Positions 62,863-64,000 of a DNA stretch of 64,000 nt are shown one piece after another (the stretch's first letter is position 1; each line of letters begins with the position of its first letter). The DNA is from Squalus acanthias (taxonomy: Eukaryota), in the NCBI GenBank assembly GCA_030390025.1, contig CM059432.1, positions 51,772,001-51,836,000 of the forward strand, written 5' to 3'. Under the pieces are notes generated by a model that saw only the letters and a program-made list of their open reading frames with translations, was not told the DNA's origin and ran no database searches. The translations under genes and the position numbers were made by a program.

Positions 62863-64000
62863 ATAGAAACATAGAAACATAGGGGTAAAAATTGAGTTGC
62901 GCCCCATTTGGGGCGCTAACCTCGCCGGGGCGCGACTTTTAGCGCCCCGAAAAAATTAGCGGCCCCGCGCCGGAACTTCAGTGGTTGCGCCCCAAGAGGG
63001 AAGCGGGGCGCCACTGGAAGCACCCCGCATCCCTCTTGGGGCGCTGCGAGTGAATATCCTGGCGCTACGTGGCGCTGCGGCACGTCGCGCCGCGGTATTG
63101 CAGGCCTTCCTCCCCTTCTTAAAGGGGAGGGACCCTGCGCAGCGCGAACCGGGGCTCAGCTGGGCCCCCAGGGATCGGGAGTGCCGGCAAAAGAGCCCGG
63201 CACTCAAGAGAAGTGCCGGGCTCTTGGAGCGCAGCCGGCACTTCACGGTGGGGGGGCTTCACGGGGGCCGGGGGCAGGTGCTGGCAAGCGGCCAGCAACA
63301 AAAATGGCCGCCTGCCACCTCCCCTTTAAATATCGCCGCCCCGGCCGCACGTACGCCTCCCTGAACCCGTCGGACATAGCGTCTGGCGGTAAATCAGGGG
63401 GCGCGACTGAAGATCGCGGCTGGAGCGCGAGCGGGGTGCTGCGCACGGCGATGACGTCATCGCCGGCGGCGCAGCGCCACAGGGCGCTACCGGCTGGCGC
63501 CGCCGCTAACCTCCCGCTGAATTTTTCGGGAGGCGTGGGCGGCGCTGCGCCCGGGCGTTAGCTGCTTTACGCCCCATTAGCGCCCTCTTAAGGCGCTAAC
63601 GGGAGGCGCAAGCAGCTGAATTTTTTCCCCATAAAATCTAGGAGCAGGAGTAGGCCATTCGGCCCGTCGAGCCTGCTCCACCATTCAATACGATCATGGC
63701 TGATCATCCAAATCCAGTACCCTGTCCCTGCTTTAATCCCCACAGTACACATATCCCACCCTACCCCCGTAACCCCACGTATTTAATTCCCCCTAACATA
63801 TCCCACCCTACCCCCATAACCCCACATATTTAATCCCCCCCTAACACTAAGGGTCAATTTATCATAGCCAAATCAACCTAACCCGCACATTTTTGGACTG
63901 TGGGAGGAAACCGGAGCACCCGGAGGAAACCCATGCAGACACGGGGAGAATGTGCAAACTCCACACAGACAGTCACCCGAGGTCAGATTCGAACCCGGGT
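62862..64000 (-). mobile_element. HE1-like V-SINE (tail split by MITE; 5' end off window)
   Basis: B box GGTTCGAATC, V-domain TGTGGAGTTTGCACATTCTCCCCGTGTCTGC, CR1-like tail (CATAGAAA)n at 62862-62881. Confidence 0.92.
62882..63630. mobile_element. Harbinger-type MITE family A relative nested in the V-SINE tail
   Basis: TIRs GGGGTAAAAATT / AATTTTTTCCCC, TSD ATA, very CpG-rich. Confidence 0.88.

Larger units (their letters stand above)
56267..64000. mobile_element. Large Harbinger transposon with multiple nested insertions; runs off the window
   Basis: Left TIR GGGGGCTAAATT; Myb gene (+) 56576-60990; transposase (-) 61170-62862. Confidence 0.88.

Noticed and set aside
62882..63630. CpG-island promoter of a host gene with GC-rich ORFs
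   Set aside because: Delimited by TIRs and TSD; ORFs reflect high GC content

Overview
Eukaryotic, repeat-saturated DNA, almost certainly from a cartilaginous fish (shark/ray): it carries HE1-type V-SINEs, a SacSINE1-type DeuSINE, CR1 and L2 LINEs and Penelope-type fragments. I could not support any host protein-coding exon; every recognisable ORF derives from a transposable element. Contents: a decayed short-LTR Gypsy element lacking its integrase core, two solo LTRs, five large PIF/Harbinger elements (HARBI1-like transposase plus convergent, intron-containing Myb/SANT gene), about 12 Harbinger-type MITEs/deletion derivatives, one hAT MITE, several CR1/L2 copies and a LINE with a tRNA-like head. 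Many are nested, up to four levels. The best find is a 172-bp insertion (24050-24221) with an 11-bp target-site duplication whose first 69 nt fold into a complete HDV/CPEB3-like self-cleaving ribozyme starting exactly at the insertion boundary. Degraded Penelope-type hammerhead motifs occur at about 8.5 kb and 48.8 kb. Family names come from motif recognition, not database searches.
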